A stretch of DNA of 56,516 nucleotides, the filler included, from Basidioascus undulatus (Eukaryota): NCBI GenBank assembly GCA_000826855.1. It is 4 parts of 4 records of this genome, joined end to end, with 100 filler letters (N's around TTAATTAATTAA, not from the genome) between each part and the next. Parts side by side here need not be neighbours in the genome. Positions count along the whole stretch, not along the records: positions 38,478 to 47,448 come from JTLS01001314.1; positions 47,549 to 56,516 come from JTLS01001315.1; 2 more parts are not named here. One strand, written 5' to 3'. The notes under the pieces were generated by a model that worked only from the letters and a program-made list of their open reading frames with translations, was not told where the DNA came from and did not search any database. The position numbers and the translations under genes are program-made. Below, piece by piece: positions 39,787-51,690 of the stretch (within the stretch, counting starts at the first letter, position 1; the number at the start of each line of letters is the position of its first letter).

Positions 39787-42160
39787 ATGCCCTCGTACAC
39801 ACACTCAGACGACACGCTCCACGAAGCAGCGCCGGCAGCTGTCGCGATGAAGGGCGAGAAGACGCTCAAGGACTTGGAGGAGGCGCGGGGAGCAGGAGGC
39901 GGAGGGGAGAAGGGGGAGATAATTGTAGACTGGGAAGGGGAGGACGATCCTGAGAATCCTTTGGTGCGTCGGATGTTTGCATAGGATGCGCGGTCGGTTG
40001 GAGCTCATCGTATTCTGCTGCAGAATTGGACGTTCAATCACAAGTGGGCTGCCACAGCGATCGTGTCCGCCTTCACCTTCATCAGCCCCGTCTCTTCCTC
40101 CATGGTCTCCCCTGCGGTCGGTCAAATAGGTGAGTGTGTTGATCGGCGATATCCTCAAGAGCAGACGCCGTGCACGATGCGAGGAGTCGAGGACTGACAT
40201 CGGTGCTGTTACCCCAACTCAGGCGAACAGTTCGGCATCCACAACCACTCGGAGCTGGCCTTGACGATCTCAGTCTTCGTGCTCGCATACGCAGTCGGTC
40301 CTTTCCTCCTCGGTCCCTTATCCGAGATCTTCGGTCGGACCGTGGTACTCCAGCTCTCCAATCTGTTCTATCTCGGTGCGTTACAACGCTATCTCAGTCC
40401 CAAAGATGATGTTGACTACGGATGTTGACTGACGCGTTCTGTGTCCCGGAAAGCATTCAACATCGGCTGCGCATTTTCACAGAATAAGGGACAGTTGATT
40501 GCGTTCCGGTTCTTGTCCGGTACGTTTCGTTCACCTTGACGCTCCACATCCCGTCTGTGCTCAACTGCAATTGCGCCACAGGCCTTGGTGGAAGCGCTCC
40601 CCTCTCCATAGGTGGAGGGCTCATCAGCGACATGTGGCGACCGAGAGAACGAGGACAGGCAATTGCGCTTTACAGTCTGGCACCCATGCTGGGTCCGGTT
40701 AGTCCCACTTCACCCCCGTCTGCAACGCCGTCCACCTGCTGACGCTGCGTCCCCACCCAGGCGGTCGGTCCGCTAGCTGGAGGCTGGATCGCGGAGCGGA
40801 CGACCTGGCGCTGGTGCTTCTGGTCGACCTCCATCGCGACCGTCGTGATCCAGGCGCTCGGCCTGCTGTTCCTGCAAGAGACGTACCACCCCGTCCTGCT
40901 CGAGCGCAAAGCGCGCAAGCTCTGCAAGGAGCTCGGCCTGCCCAAGGACGACACGAGCCGCGTGCGCACCAAGTACGAGAGCGCCGAGCGCCACTGGCAG
41001 AGCATCTTCCGGAAGAGCCTGTGCAGGCCGTTCGTGCTGGGGCAGCAGCCGATCGTCATCGTGCTCGGGACGTTCATGGCTTTCGTGGTGAGTTTTTCTA
41101 CATTTTATGCGATGAGAATAGTGTTGATTTCGTCCTTTGCAGTACGGCCTGATCTACCTCGTTCTCAGTATGTGATTCACCGTTTCTCCGGCGAAGCGGA
41201 TGCTGACCAGTTCTGAAACACGCAGCCACGATCCCCACCGTGTTCCAAACCAGGTACCACCAATCCGTGGGCATCTCCTCCCTGCACTACATCGCGCTCG
41301 GCATCGGCTTCACGGGCATGAGCCAGGTACGCCTACCTCTCCTCCCCCATTGCGGTCTCCTGGACGTGGACTAACGCGTGCACCCATCCCCGCAGTTGAA
41401 CGCTCGCCTCATGGATCCGATCTACAAGAAGCTGTCCGACCGCAACGGCGGGCAGGGCAAGCCTGAGTTTCGCATGGCGACGCTCCTGCCGGGCGCGGTG
41501 ATGCTTCCCGTCGGGCTGACGCTGTACGGGTGGGGCGCAGAGGTTCGTTCTGCGGTTTACTTCTCTCCGGGGCACCAGTACTCACTCTTGCTCTGTCCAG
41601 AAACGCGTGCACTGGATCCTTCCCGATATCGGGCTGGTGCTCATCGTTCGTCCCTCCCCCCACCTTCTACCGCGGCCCGCCTTCTCAACTGACTTGACGC
41701 GTGGTCCACACAGGCCGCAGGGATGATTATCGTCTTCCAATCCATTCAGACGTACGTGATCGACACATACGCCCTGCACGCCGCGTCTGCACTCGCGGCC
41801 GTCAACTGCCTGCGCTCGCTCTGCGGCTTCGGCTTCCCTCTGTTCGCTCGTGCGTTTCTTTCCGCTGTCCACGCTTCACTGAGCGAGCGACACCTTCTGA
41901 TGCTTGCACTTGTGCATTTTCCAGCCGCCATGTACTCTGCGCTCGGGTATGGGTGGGGTAACGAGCTGCTCGCGTTCTTGGCTGTCGCTATCGGCGTAAG
42001 CTTCTTCCCATCCTCGTTCCTCTTCCGTATTCTTCTCCATTTTTTATTCATCCAACTGACGTTGCTTGCCGGTTCGCAGATTCCCGCCGGGCCGCTGATA
42101 TTCAAGTACGGGGAGCGCCTGCGCCTACGATCGAGCTACGCACATAGAAAGGAACGATAA
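39787..42160 (+). CDS. MFS drug:H+ antiporter, DHA1 (TPO/FLR1-like) family, multi-exon
   Basis: VDWEGEDDPENPL|NW, FTFISPVSSSMVSPA, GPFLLGPLSEIFGR, GGGLISDMWRPRERGQA, WRWCFW, QETYHPVLLERKA, KPEFRM, YVIDTY, LRSLCGFGFPLFA, FKYGERLR; TAA at 42158-42160. Confidence 0.95.
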
Positions 42161-44719
42161 CGAGGATCACGATGATACCTGTATTTGGTACTGAGATTGT
42201 ATTTGTACCGCTATACCGCCCATGCCATGGGACTGTATACCCTGGTTCACGCTGGTGCAGACGTCTGTGGTGGCACATTGCATCCAGGTGTGTCTCGCAG
42301 TGCGAGTGACCGGGACCCGTCCGTGAAGTGTATGCCAGGTCGGAATGTCGTGCACTGTTCCCTCGCGCGCGTATATGAGGGGAAATTGCAGAAGACCGGC
42401 ATCGACTCGGTTCTTATAGGTGCAACGATGAAACTGAAACACCGACCACCAGTCGCTACCTTCTTACCTTCGATCGAACCTCAGCTCGCGTCGAACATGG
42501 CGTGCACATACGGAAAACCGCGGTTTTTACATGCATACTCAAGTCCAACCATGCACAAATGTGCTGTGGCCAGTCAATCTTGCCAGTCAAGGCAGTCTGC
42601 AGCTGCAACACTGCGCAATCCGTGCGCAGTCTTTCGCAAGTGGCAGCCCTGCAAACGAGCACCACCGTCACTGAACTTTCGACTCCTCGGGCTCTACACA
42701 CAATTATTAATACACTTCAATTCTCAAGTTATATGCTCATTCTCGTCCATCCTCAGCGCGCGATCACCCTGAGTATCTGCAGCGCCTGGTTGATCTGGGC
42801 GATGCACTCGAGGAGCCTGAGGCGTTCCTGCTCTGTGGCCCTTCCCAAGACCCACAAGTAATACGCTCCTCAAAAAATCCACAAAGAACTTACAGCTCAG
42901 CAAAGACGCACCCTGGCGCTTCTCCGTCTCGTAGATGTCCCTGAGCGTGCCCTTTTCGAATCGTGCACCACCCGGTCACGCACCATCGCCCACGCGTTCA
43001 GCTCCACCGTGAGGGGGACGAGCTGGTACTCAAGCTCTGTACACCACATACCCAACCATAAGGTCCTGCATCTCCCCTTCTCCTCGACAGTCCAAGCACC
43101 GCTTGCCCAGTGGGCCGTCTGCGCCTTGTGCTCGCCGTACGGCTGCAGGCAGACCGCGTCGTCGAAGCTCTCGATCGGGACGGTCGGGTCGAACTGGGGG
43201 AGGGATCGCCCTCCTTGGTCTAGTATGCAAGCTACCCCTCCTGCCCTCCGACCCGTGCACTGATGAGACGTGCGGTGCCGAGGAGCCGCGATCCGTTGTG
43301 CCGGGCTGGGCGGTGGTCGGAGCGGGGCAGAGCCGCTGGAGGAGGGGGAGGACATGGTTTCTATTAAGATTAAAATCGGTTGGAATGTGTATAATCTGTG
43401 TTGATGGGGGGCGGGAAAGGCGCGGGCATCTGTAACCTTCCGAGTCGACTTTCGCCGCTTCGTCGCCTGCAGAGGCGGCTGAAAGGTCGTATCTCGCCCG
43501 CCGCCGTTGCATACCGCCTACTTTGGTGTAGGAGCTCTATATAAATCAATAGACGTGAGCAGTCTTGGGTCGCCTACAAAGCGCTCTAAGCCCCATGTGA
43601 GCCTGCGGAGTTGCGCTCAAGGCTTGGAAGGCCAGTTCGCATAAGTACGCATCGAATGCATTAAAAAAGTATGCTTGACAATTCAAGATTTTTAAAGTGG
43701 ACAAAGACCAGGATTGCTTTACTCAGATGACACTTGTAAAACTATCTGTAGCATTGGCCCACACGCCTCGGGCGAGGAAACACGAATTTCCGTTACATCC
43801 ATCCCTTCCTCGGTGACCTCGATGAAAGAGCAATCAGATCGGGGATACCCATACATACCAATAAAATACTTTGGTCTTCCATACTGGAACTTTAGGGGAA
43901 ACGCGAAATGACATATGGCACCCTTTCGGCATGCAGACTAGCACTCCTCCCAGTTTCCCATTTTCAAACATTCTTTCCTAGCCCCCGCCCCCGCTTCCGC
44001 TGGAAGAGCAACCTCTACTCCCAATATGCAGCACCTTACGAACCAGCCCACATTTGGCAACTTCGCGCTCTACAGTGGAAGGCAGGCAGTGCTTGGCCAG
44101 TCCTTGATGGTCGATGGCATGTAACGATCTAATTGTGAACGGACTGCAAGGATAGTATCATACCTGCTGGACGGGAAAAAATTATCGGGAACCTTTTCCG
44201 AGAGAGAGGGAGCACTTGGAAGAAATAAAGGAAAACCCTTTCAGCGCTCTGCATTCTTTCGCGGCTCAGTCGCCTCCTGATGGCGATCCGGTCAACGCTG
44301 TTGGCGACTGACTGGTCGTTGCAGGCAATATTCCCCCACCCCTCCCCAAGAAGAAAGGTACTGCGTTAGGGTCTGCCACCTCAACCCCTGTCCCGTTTTC
44401 CCCGGCGCTCACGTCTTCAAGCCCTCGAATATGTCCCATGTGCCCCTCCAGCGCTTGAGCGTGCCATGCTTGTTTTGCCTTTCAGGAGCTCAACCGGCAA
44501 TGAGCGAGGACGGGAGGCGGGCGAGGAGGCTTGGGCAGGGAGGAGACCACGAGAGGGAGTGTGGAGCGCGGAAAGAGGTAATGGCGAGGTTCAAAGCGGG
44601 GGTATGATGAGCATTTCTGGCCTCTTGCCATTGGAAGCGAGCAGAGGATGCTCCCTCCTCCCCCCCGCCCCCACACCCTACGCATGTGCGACCTTTCCGC
44701 ATCGCCCCACTCAATGCAT

Positions 44720-45837
44720 CTAGCTCCCCCCCTGCCCCCCACCCGCACCAGCGCCCGCGCCGCTCTGTGTTCTCCTCCTCCCCCTTGGCAGGGGCAACCG
44801 CAGCTTCCCCACGTCGTCCGGCCTATCTGGCTGTTCTCTGACCGCCAATCCCAGCAGCTCGCGCAGCGCAGCGTTCTCCTCCTCCAACCGGCACAGCTCC
44901 GTCTCGCGCTCGAGCGCGTCGTCCACCGCCCCGGACGAGCCGACGTACCCGCCCTCGCGGAACTCGGAGGACGAGAGCGAGGAGGTGGGGTCCTCGGATT
45001 GTAGGGCTCGTAAGGCGGACCGGATGAGCGAGGAGAGCGAGGAGAGGCGCGTTTGGAGGTCGAGCGAGGTGGAGAGGGTAGAGGACTCCCGGGTCGAGAG
45101 AGTGCGGTGGAGGAGGGTCTCGTAGTGCGAGGTGAGGGAGAGCTCGTGCTGCTGCGAGGCGTGCTGGAGGCGCCATTGATAAATGAGATTAACGCGCGGG
45201 AAGGAGGTGGTTGGGTGAGGAAGGGTGTGAGAAAGGGTGGGGAGGGAGGGAGACGCACAGCCTGCGCACGGAACTTGGCCATGACCGTGTCGAGCGTTGA
45301 CTCGTACTCCTTGAGGAGTACGTTGAGCTGCTTGTTCTCGTAGTGGAGCGCCTGGTTCTCGAGCACGAGCGAAGCGTTCATCCGCTCGAGCTCGGACTCG
45401 AACGTTTCTGCTCATCCCGACGAGCAGTATTCAGTTGATTGGGGTTGAGTTGGAGGGGGGGATGGGGGGGGGGGACAGACGGACCTTTGGAGATGTCCGT
45501 GTTAAACCGGCGGAGGGTGAAGCCCGTGCCGGTGTGGATCGCCTGGCCCTGTCCACCGCGCACGGAAGGTCCTCAGCGGGCAGCGGAGGGGGAGGCGTGG
45601 ATAGGGCGAGGGGGACAAGACACACCTTGAGTTCGTTCGCCTGCGCCTGGAGTGCGGCGGTGGCCGCGCGGTTCTGGGAGAGCTGCTCGGACAGCTCGGA
45701 GAGGAGGGTCCAGAGCCGGAGGACCTCGTCGTCCGCGCCTGCTCCGGAGGGCGGCGGTGGGGGGGCGGAGGAGATCCTGCAACATCCACAACAGAATCAG
45801 AAATGTACGCGTGGTTAATTGAGGGAGTGAAATACAT
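44720..45837 (-). CDS. Conserved fungal coiled-coil protein, SIKE/SCI1/Csc4-like STRIPAK subunit candidate
   Basis: Spliced [22 protein letters not shown]...|[68 protein letters not shown]...[16 protein letters not shown]. The STRIPAK link is inferred. Confidence 0.72.
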
Positions 45838-46050
45838 TATGCGGTGGAGATGGGAGATGGAGAGGAGCAGCAGGCACGAGCTGGGCGCGTGCCAGCTGAT
45901 GCTCGCTGATAGTGAGCCTAACATCCATTTGAAGGGTCGGGTGGGCTAAGCGATTCCCACGCCCACACGGTAATTTCCCTCGTGAGCCTGCCTTCCTGCG
46001 CCGCCGCCCCTCTGCTCAACACGCTCATTATCGCTCTTGCCTTTCCAGCG

Positions 46051-47448
46051 ATGCCCGTAGCAACATCATCCTCCTCCTCAGGTCCTCAACCGCAAGCAGG
46101 CCTGGTGCGCTCCGCTCCCCCAGCCTCTCATCTCCCAGTCCCCAGTCCCCAGTCCCTAACCTCCTGACCCGCTTCCAGCTCCGCTACAAAGGCCACCAGT
46201 CCTTCCGGCAGCGCCTCATCCTCTCCACGCTCCTCGGCCGGCCCGTGCGGATCGACGCGATCCGCCCGAACGCCGCGAACCCGGGCATCAGGGACTACGA
46301 GGCGGGCTTCCTCCGCCTCCTCGAGAAGCTCACCAACGGCTCCGCCGTCGAGATCTCCTACACCGGCACCTCGGTGCTGTACAAGCCGGGTGTCTTGACC
46401 GGCGGGAACGTCACCCATGACTGTGGCACGGCGAGGAGCGTCGGGTGGTTCGCTGAGTGCGTGGTGGCGCTCGCGCCGTGGGGGAAGAGGGATTTGAGCT
46501 TGACGCTCAAGGGGATTACGAGCGCGGAGGACGCGCTGAGCGTGCGTCGCCTGTCCTCCTTCTATCCATTCTCTTTCATCCTCCTGCTCTTTCTTCCTTC
46601 CTCCATCTCTTCTCCCTCGGACTCACATTCCTCCCAACAGGCCGACACCCTCCGCACCGTCACGCTCCCGCACCTGCAGCTATTCGGGATAACGGAAGGC
46701 CTCGAGCTCCGCGTCCGTCCCCTCCCTTACACTGCCCTTTCCCTCTCCCCAACCCTCCTACCCCTTCTCCCTCTCCTGACCCCTTCGCCTCCGCCGATAG
46801 ATTACCAAGCGCGGTTCCCCCCCGCTCGGCGGCGGCGAGATCACGCTCACTTGCCCCGCGCTCGCGCGGCCCAAGACGCTTAACTTCACCTCCCCGGGGC
46901 GGATCAAGCGGATCCGTGGGATCTCGTGCGTCCTCCCACTTTACCTCTTCCCTCCCTCTTCCTTCATTCCCTGTTCCCTTCGTCGTCCTTTTCCCCCTGA
47001 TCCCCTCGTTCTTTCCGATCGCCGTTCTCACCCCCTCCCCGCACCCAGGCACTCCACCCGCGTCTCCCCCCAACTCTCCAACCGCCTCATAGCCTCCGCG
47101 CGCTCGCTCATAAACCGGTACATCCCGGACATCCATCTCTTCTCCGACGTCTACCGTGGGGCGGAAGCGGGCCTGTCACCAGGGTACGGTCTGACGCTCG
47201 TCGCCGAATCGACCACGGGGGTTCTCCACTCGTCCGAGGCCCTCTCCTCTTCCCCCTCGGGCGACGAGCAGCGGACCCCCGAGGATGTGGGGCTCCAGGC
47301 GGCTAGGGCGCTCCTTAGGGAGGTCAGGAGGGGAGGGTGCGTGGAGAGACAGCACCAGTGGTTGGTTTGTCTGTGGATGGCGTTGGGGAGCGAGGATGTG
47401 GGCAGGTGCAGGATGGGTGAGTTGAGCCCGCATACGTACGTCTCGTCT
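46051..47448 (+). CDS. RCL1: RNA 3'-terminal phosphate cyclase-like 18S rRNA processing protein, 3' truncated
   Basis: LRYKGHQSFRQRLILSTLLGRPVRIDAIR, GIRDYEAGFLRLLEKLTNGSAVEISYTGT, ITKRGSPPLGGGEI, SPGYGLTLVAESTTG, TPEDVG. Confidence 0.95.
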
Positions 47449-47548
47449 NNNNNNNNNNNNNNNNNNNNNNNNNNNNNNNNNNNNNNNNNNNNTTAATTAA
47501 TTAANNNNNNNNNNNNNNNNNNNNNNNNNNNNNNNNNNNNNNNNNNNN
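47449..47548. other. Artificial contig spacer N44-TTAATTAATTAA-N44
   Basis: Same 100-nt spacer, separating RCL1 from an unrelated RhoGAP gene. Confidence 0.97.
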
Positions 47549-48471
47549 GCTGTAAGGGATGATCGTGGACGTGGCTGAATGTTTGATGGGTGTGGTAGGG
47601 CTCGAGGGCCAGGGCATCTACCGACTGAGCGGAACGACGAGCAAGGTGCAGCGCTTGAAAGCGCGGTTGGACCACAGTGCGTTGCCTCTCCCCTCGTGCC
47701 CATTCTTCAAGAGGGACACGCTGATGTATTTGACTGTGGGGGGGTGGGGGCAGACGTCGACTCGGTGGACCTCATGTCCGAGGAGGAGAGCGGCGACATT
47801 AACATCGTCTCGTCCCTCCTCAAGCTCTGGTTCCGCGAGCTCCCCGAGCCGCTGTTGACGTACCACTTGTACTCGAACTTTACCGAGGCGGCCAGTGCGT
47901 GCTTTCGTCCTTGATACGCACTCGAGGGGTGGGTGCAGCTGATGAATGGGATGATGGATGGCAGAAATCGAGAACGACCGACTGCGGCATATTCGATTGC
48001 ACGAGACGGTCAATAACTTGCCGGATGCGTGCGTGGTCTGAATCTTTCCTCGCTACGATAAGGCTGCGAACGCTTACATGGGATGGGCTCGGACAGAAAT
48101 TACGCGACGCTGAAATACTTCATGGGGCATCTGGACAAGTGCGCCTCCCTCTCGTTCTCGCTTTTCCTTGAACACAGTTCGACGGTGTCTGACGATGGCA
48201 TTGGCCTTTCATCAGGGTCAAGCAACTCGAAGACGTAAACTCCATGTCCGCGTCCAACCTCGCGATCGTCTTTGGGCCGACGCTGCTCAGCCCGCCGCCG
48301 GGTGGGACGGACGCGCTAGCCGACATGCAGTACCAGTGCCGGGCGGTGGAAACTATTTTGGAGCACTACGTGCGTCGCCTTCGCTTGGCTGTGGCCTTTG
48401 TGCAGCGGGGAGCTGATCCGGGATGACGCGGGGGACAGGCTGCGATCTTCGTGGAAGAGGAGGAAGCATGA
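47549..48471 (+). CDS. RhoGAP domain, 3' part of a probable Rgd1-like GTPase-activating protein
   Basis: GIYRLSG (arginine finger), SSLLKLWFRELPEPLLT, NYATLKYFMGHLDK, NSMSASNLAIVFGPTL; TGA at 48469-48471. Confidence 0.92.
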
Positions 48472-50849
48472 TCCTGGTTGTTCGGTCCCTGCGCATTCGC
48501 TTCTTTTCTTGTTTCTCCGCCTTCAGCTTCATCCCATCTTTCCCTCATCCCGCATGCTACAGTCTCCGCATTGCCTACGTTACTCAGATCGTCTTACTTT
48601 TTTTCGCCGTTTGGTTTAAGTTGCTCGGCGCTCGGCGCGCTTCTTGCTTACTTACGCGTCAACTCTATTATGCTCGTCGCAGCAGGATACCCCGTTATCG
48701 AGCTTGAGTTTGTGTGTGGGGATGCGGTGTGCGGCTGGCGTGGGTAAGATGGAAGAAATTGCCTTGTTGGGTTAAGGCTCCGTGGTATTTGAGTGCGCGG
48801 AGGTGCTGTGTGGGCTTTCTGGCAGGCGAGTCGGATGCCTGAGGAGCACACTATGTAGTGCCGGGAGAGAGGAAATGGCGCTTACAGTGCCTCGTTGGTG
48901 CACACCTAACTCGACTGTCCACTGCTTCACATTGTACAGCCTTTTGACCTTTGACCGGCAAAAATGCTTCAAAGAAGCTTTGTCGATCTTCGCGGTGTGA
49001 AATCAAGTCGTGGTTTCTGCAACTGACAACCCCATTCGACCGTGCAGCTGGGTGTGTGCCGCCGACTGTATCCGACCGTAGATCTGGATGCATGGCTCCG
49101 ACCTGACCATCCAACTTTAGTGGCCGGCGGTTGTATACGGGAAGAGCTTGCCATGAAAACTGTCACTAGCAGGGCAGCGTCCGTTGCGTTGTTGAGCATC
49201 AATAATGCAACATGAGCTGCTTCCAGATCACCTGAAACCGTTTCGAAGCGCTCAACATGGCAGACAAGGAGCACGACGACATATGCAAGCATGATATCGG
49301 TACACACGATAAACAGGGGTGGGGCGACAGTGGATCCAAGGCTTCTGCCACTTCGAAACATGTACATCTTCTTGTGCAGCAACGCGTGCGCAAGATCCAC
49401 CAGCACTCCGATGGAAGCTCCACTCGAGAGCTGATTGCTGTAGCGTAGTCCCGAAACCCTCCGAAACTCGGCACTCCATTCCGGCTTCCAGCCGAGAATC
49501 TTCAGTCCATGCTTTGAGAGTTATGCGGCAGGGTCCCGTTTGTTCCGGCGTTCAAATCAGATCGGTAGCGGAATATAGAGCAGCACTCGGTCTTTTGCGG
49601 ACCTTGTAAAAATCAGCTGGCAACCTTCTACGGGGTGTGCCTCGTTTCTGCCCTCCAGAACTGTTTCAGCTCTTAGGGACCGCTAGATCGTTGGTCCCCA
49701 GAACAAAAAATCAAGGGGATAAGTAAGACACGTGACAAGGCCCCTACAGTCATTGCAAGTGTCCATACGCCGCTCGTGTTATCAACCGTATTAACTCGGG
49801 GTGGAGCCAGACCCTGAACATATCCCGGTTGTCGTTCATGTCTCCGATCCTTTCCCCGTTCCTGGAGAGAATCCCGCGGGCAGCGAGTACCTCCCGCTGC
49901 GACACGAATAGCTTGTTCCGCCGCCTGCTTATTGCGAGATGAGTCAAGGGAGACAAGACCAGCGAATTACCCAGAACAAATTACAGCAGAATGAGCCGAT
50001 AGTTTCGCATCCTGTTCCGTTGACAGACGCAGTCCGCGTCGTTGGGTGACGAAGCTTCGGGACCGGGAAAATGGAGGGTGAGGAGAGCGGACGAGGCATG
50101 CCCCTGAACGCAGCGCGAAGTAGTGCGAGACTCGACCGATCGCGAATGAGGGTTCGAAGTGAAGTGAGTGCCATGCTGCATTGGTTTTGTGCTGTATGGT
50201 GGACGGAAGTCAGACGAAGTGGTGGTGCAAAGAAGTGGACAGCCAGTCTTGGGCCGGCCGCTTCGTTGATGCCCACCGGATGTTCCCCGGACTATCCGTG
50301 TGCACGGCATATTCACGTCTCTTGAATGGCGCACTGAGTTCCCAGTACCTAGCAGGCTACATCATGATAGAGGGCTTCAAGTTAGCAATTTTTTTAAATT
50401 ATCCTCCATCTTTTTTATCAAAGTCCGGACGAGGGCTGCCGAGGCCGCGCAACAACGGGTTTGCTCGCGAGCCTGCAGTCGCTTTTTGACAGTTACGTGC
50501 AGGAAGAGAGCAGTTATAGTGGAGCCAGACGCGATTGTCGTATCGCTTTGCATGAAATGATATTTTATTTTGCCAGTGCATCTTTTCGGGAAAAGTAGCG
50601 TTGAGACCCCGAGTGAGAGAATCGCCTTGCGTACTAACAGTTGCTGTAAGCCGCTGAGCTTGAGATTGCCTTGGCTTTTGGTGTGGTATTAGATCTTCCT
50701 ATCAATGTCCGGAACTTCACGGAGTCCCGCCGGGAATTTCTTCCGTCGCCTTCTCGTGCTTGGGGTATGCTGCGTGCCGAGTCGCACCTCTTTGGAACAC
50801 TCATCAGTATCGCATCCAGGCCGGAAGCGTCCCAGTCCATAAAATGATG

Positions 50850-51194
50850 AACTCATACTCAATGCACAATAATGCAATGAGGAGTCTAGGTAGTTTCAAG
50901 CTGAGCGCCTTCTGAAGAGATACAGTCTTCGAAGGATGTCGTTGCCATGAACGGCGGCCGGGCAAATCGTGGCATGGTAGGTGCGAGTCGCTCTCCATCA
51001 ACACCTTCCAGCTACAAAGAAACTTGAGGTTGAAACTACATTACCTATTCTACGAATAATTCATTGGGTTTATGTGAACGGCCTGCGCTGTCACTTGATC
51101 CCGGGTTCAATCGGAGTGTGAGAGCAGGAGCGACCCGCCAAAGTGATGCACGGCGTGGCTTTCGACGCTGTTCGTTTGATCACTTTGGCTTTTT
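50850..51194 (+). ncRNA. Candidate structured non-coding RNA of unknown family
   Basis: Several nested complementary segments, G-U wobbles that work only on the + strand, and a terminal 11-bp perfect stem followed by T5. Confidence 0.28.
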
Positions 51195-51590
51195 GTTAGG
51201 GATTGAGCGAAGAACCGGAGGCAATAAATTACTGTCGGGGCATGCAGTCAGTTGACAGCGCTGTCATGCCAGCGGCCATGTTGTTGTACGCCAAACCCTT
51301 CCTTGGTTCCATAGCAGCCTGATACTTTAGAGGTGTACGGATCTACCAACGTCGAATAGCACTTACCATCGGCTTCAGGAAACGGTTTGCCTGCAGCAAT
51401 TGACACCCTCAACATCAGCTTGTGACTTGGGCAGGCGGAACTGAGGAGACGCCTCCACATTGACACTGCTTTCGAGCCAATTTCGAGACTTCATTTGCCC
51501 GCTCGACTTCTACAAGATGTATAGATAACGCAAAGAAGCGTACAACAATCGTGTCAACATCTGTATATTGAAATTGGAAGACTAGCTACA

Positions 51591-51690
51591 GCCTCCTTGG
51601 CGAAGTTGGTATCGCAGTGGTCTCATAGAAATATGACTTGTCCTGGACAAGGTAATCCAAAGGTCGCCAGTTCGAGCCTGGCAGGGGGCA
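51591..51690 (+). tRNA. tRNA-Met(CAT), elongator type, 27-nt intron at 51628-51654
   Basis: Acceptor GCCTCCT/AGGGGGC, D stem GCGA/TCGC, anticodon CAT at 51624-51626, T arm GCCAG-TTCGAGC-CTGGC, T31-T39 as in eukaryotic elongator Met, downstream TTTT. Confidence 0.93.

Noticed and set aside
42897..43355. 152-aa minus-strand ORF with ATG start
   Set aside because: No recognisable domain or confident splice model; may be a relic.
50600..50835. Fragments reminiscent of U3 box B, U2 5' end or SRP helix 8
   Set aside because: Isolated short resemblances, not in the required order and lacking the partner motifs.
50844..50915. Box C/D snoRNA (ATGATGA ... CTGA)
   Set aside because: No terminal stem; the best remembered rRNA complementarity is only about 8 nt (GTTTCAAG), and that segment is better explained by the long-range stem.
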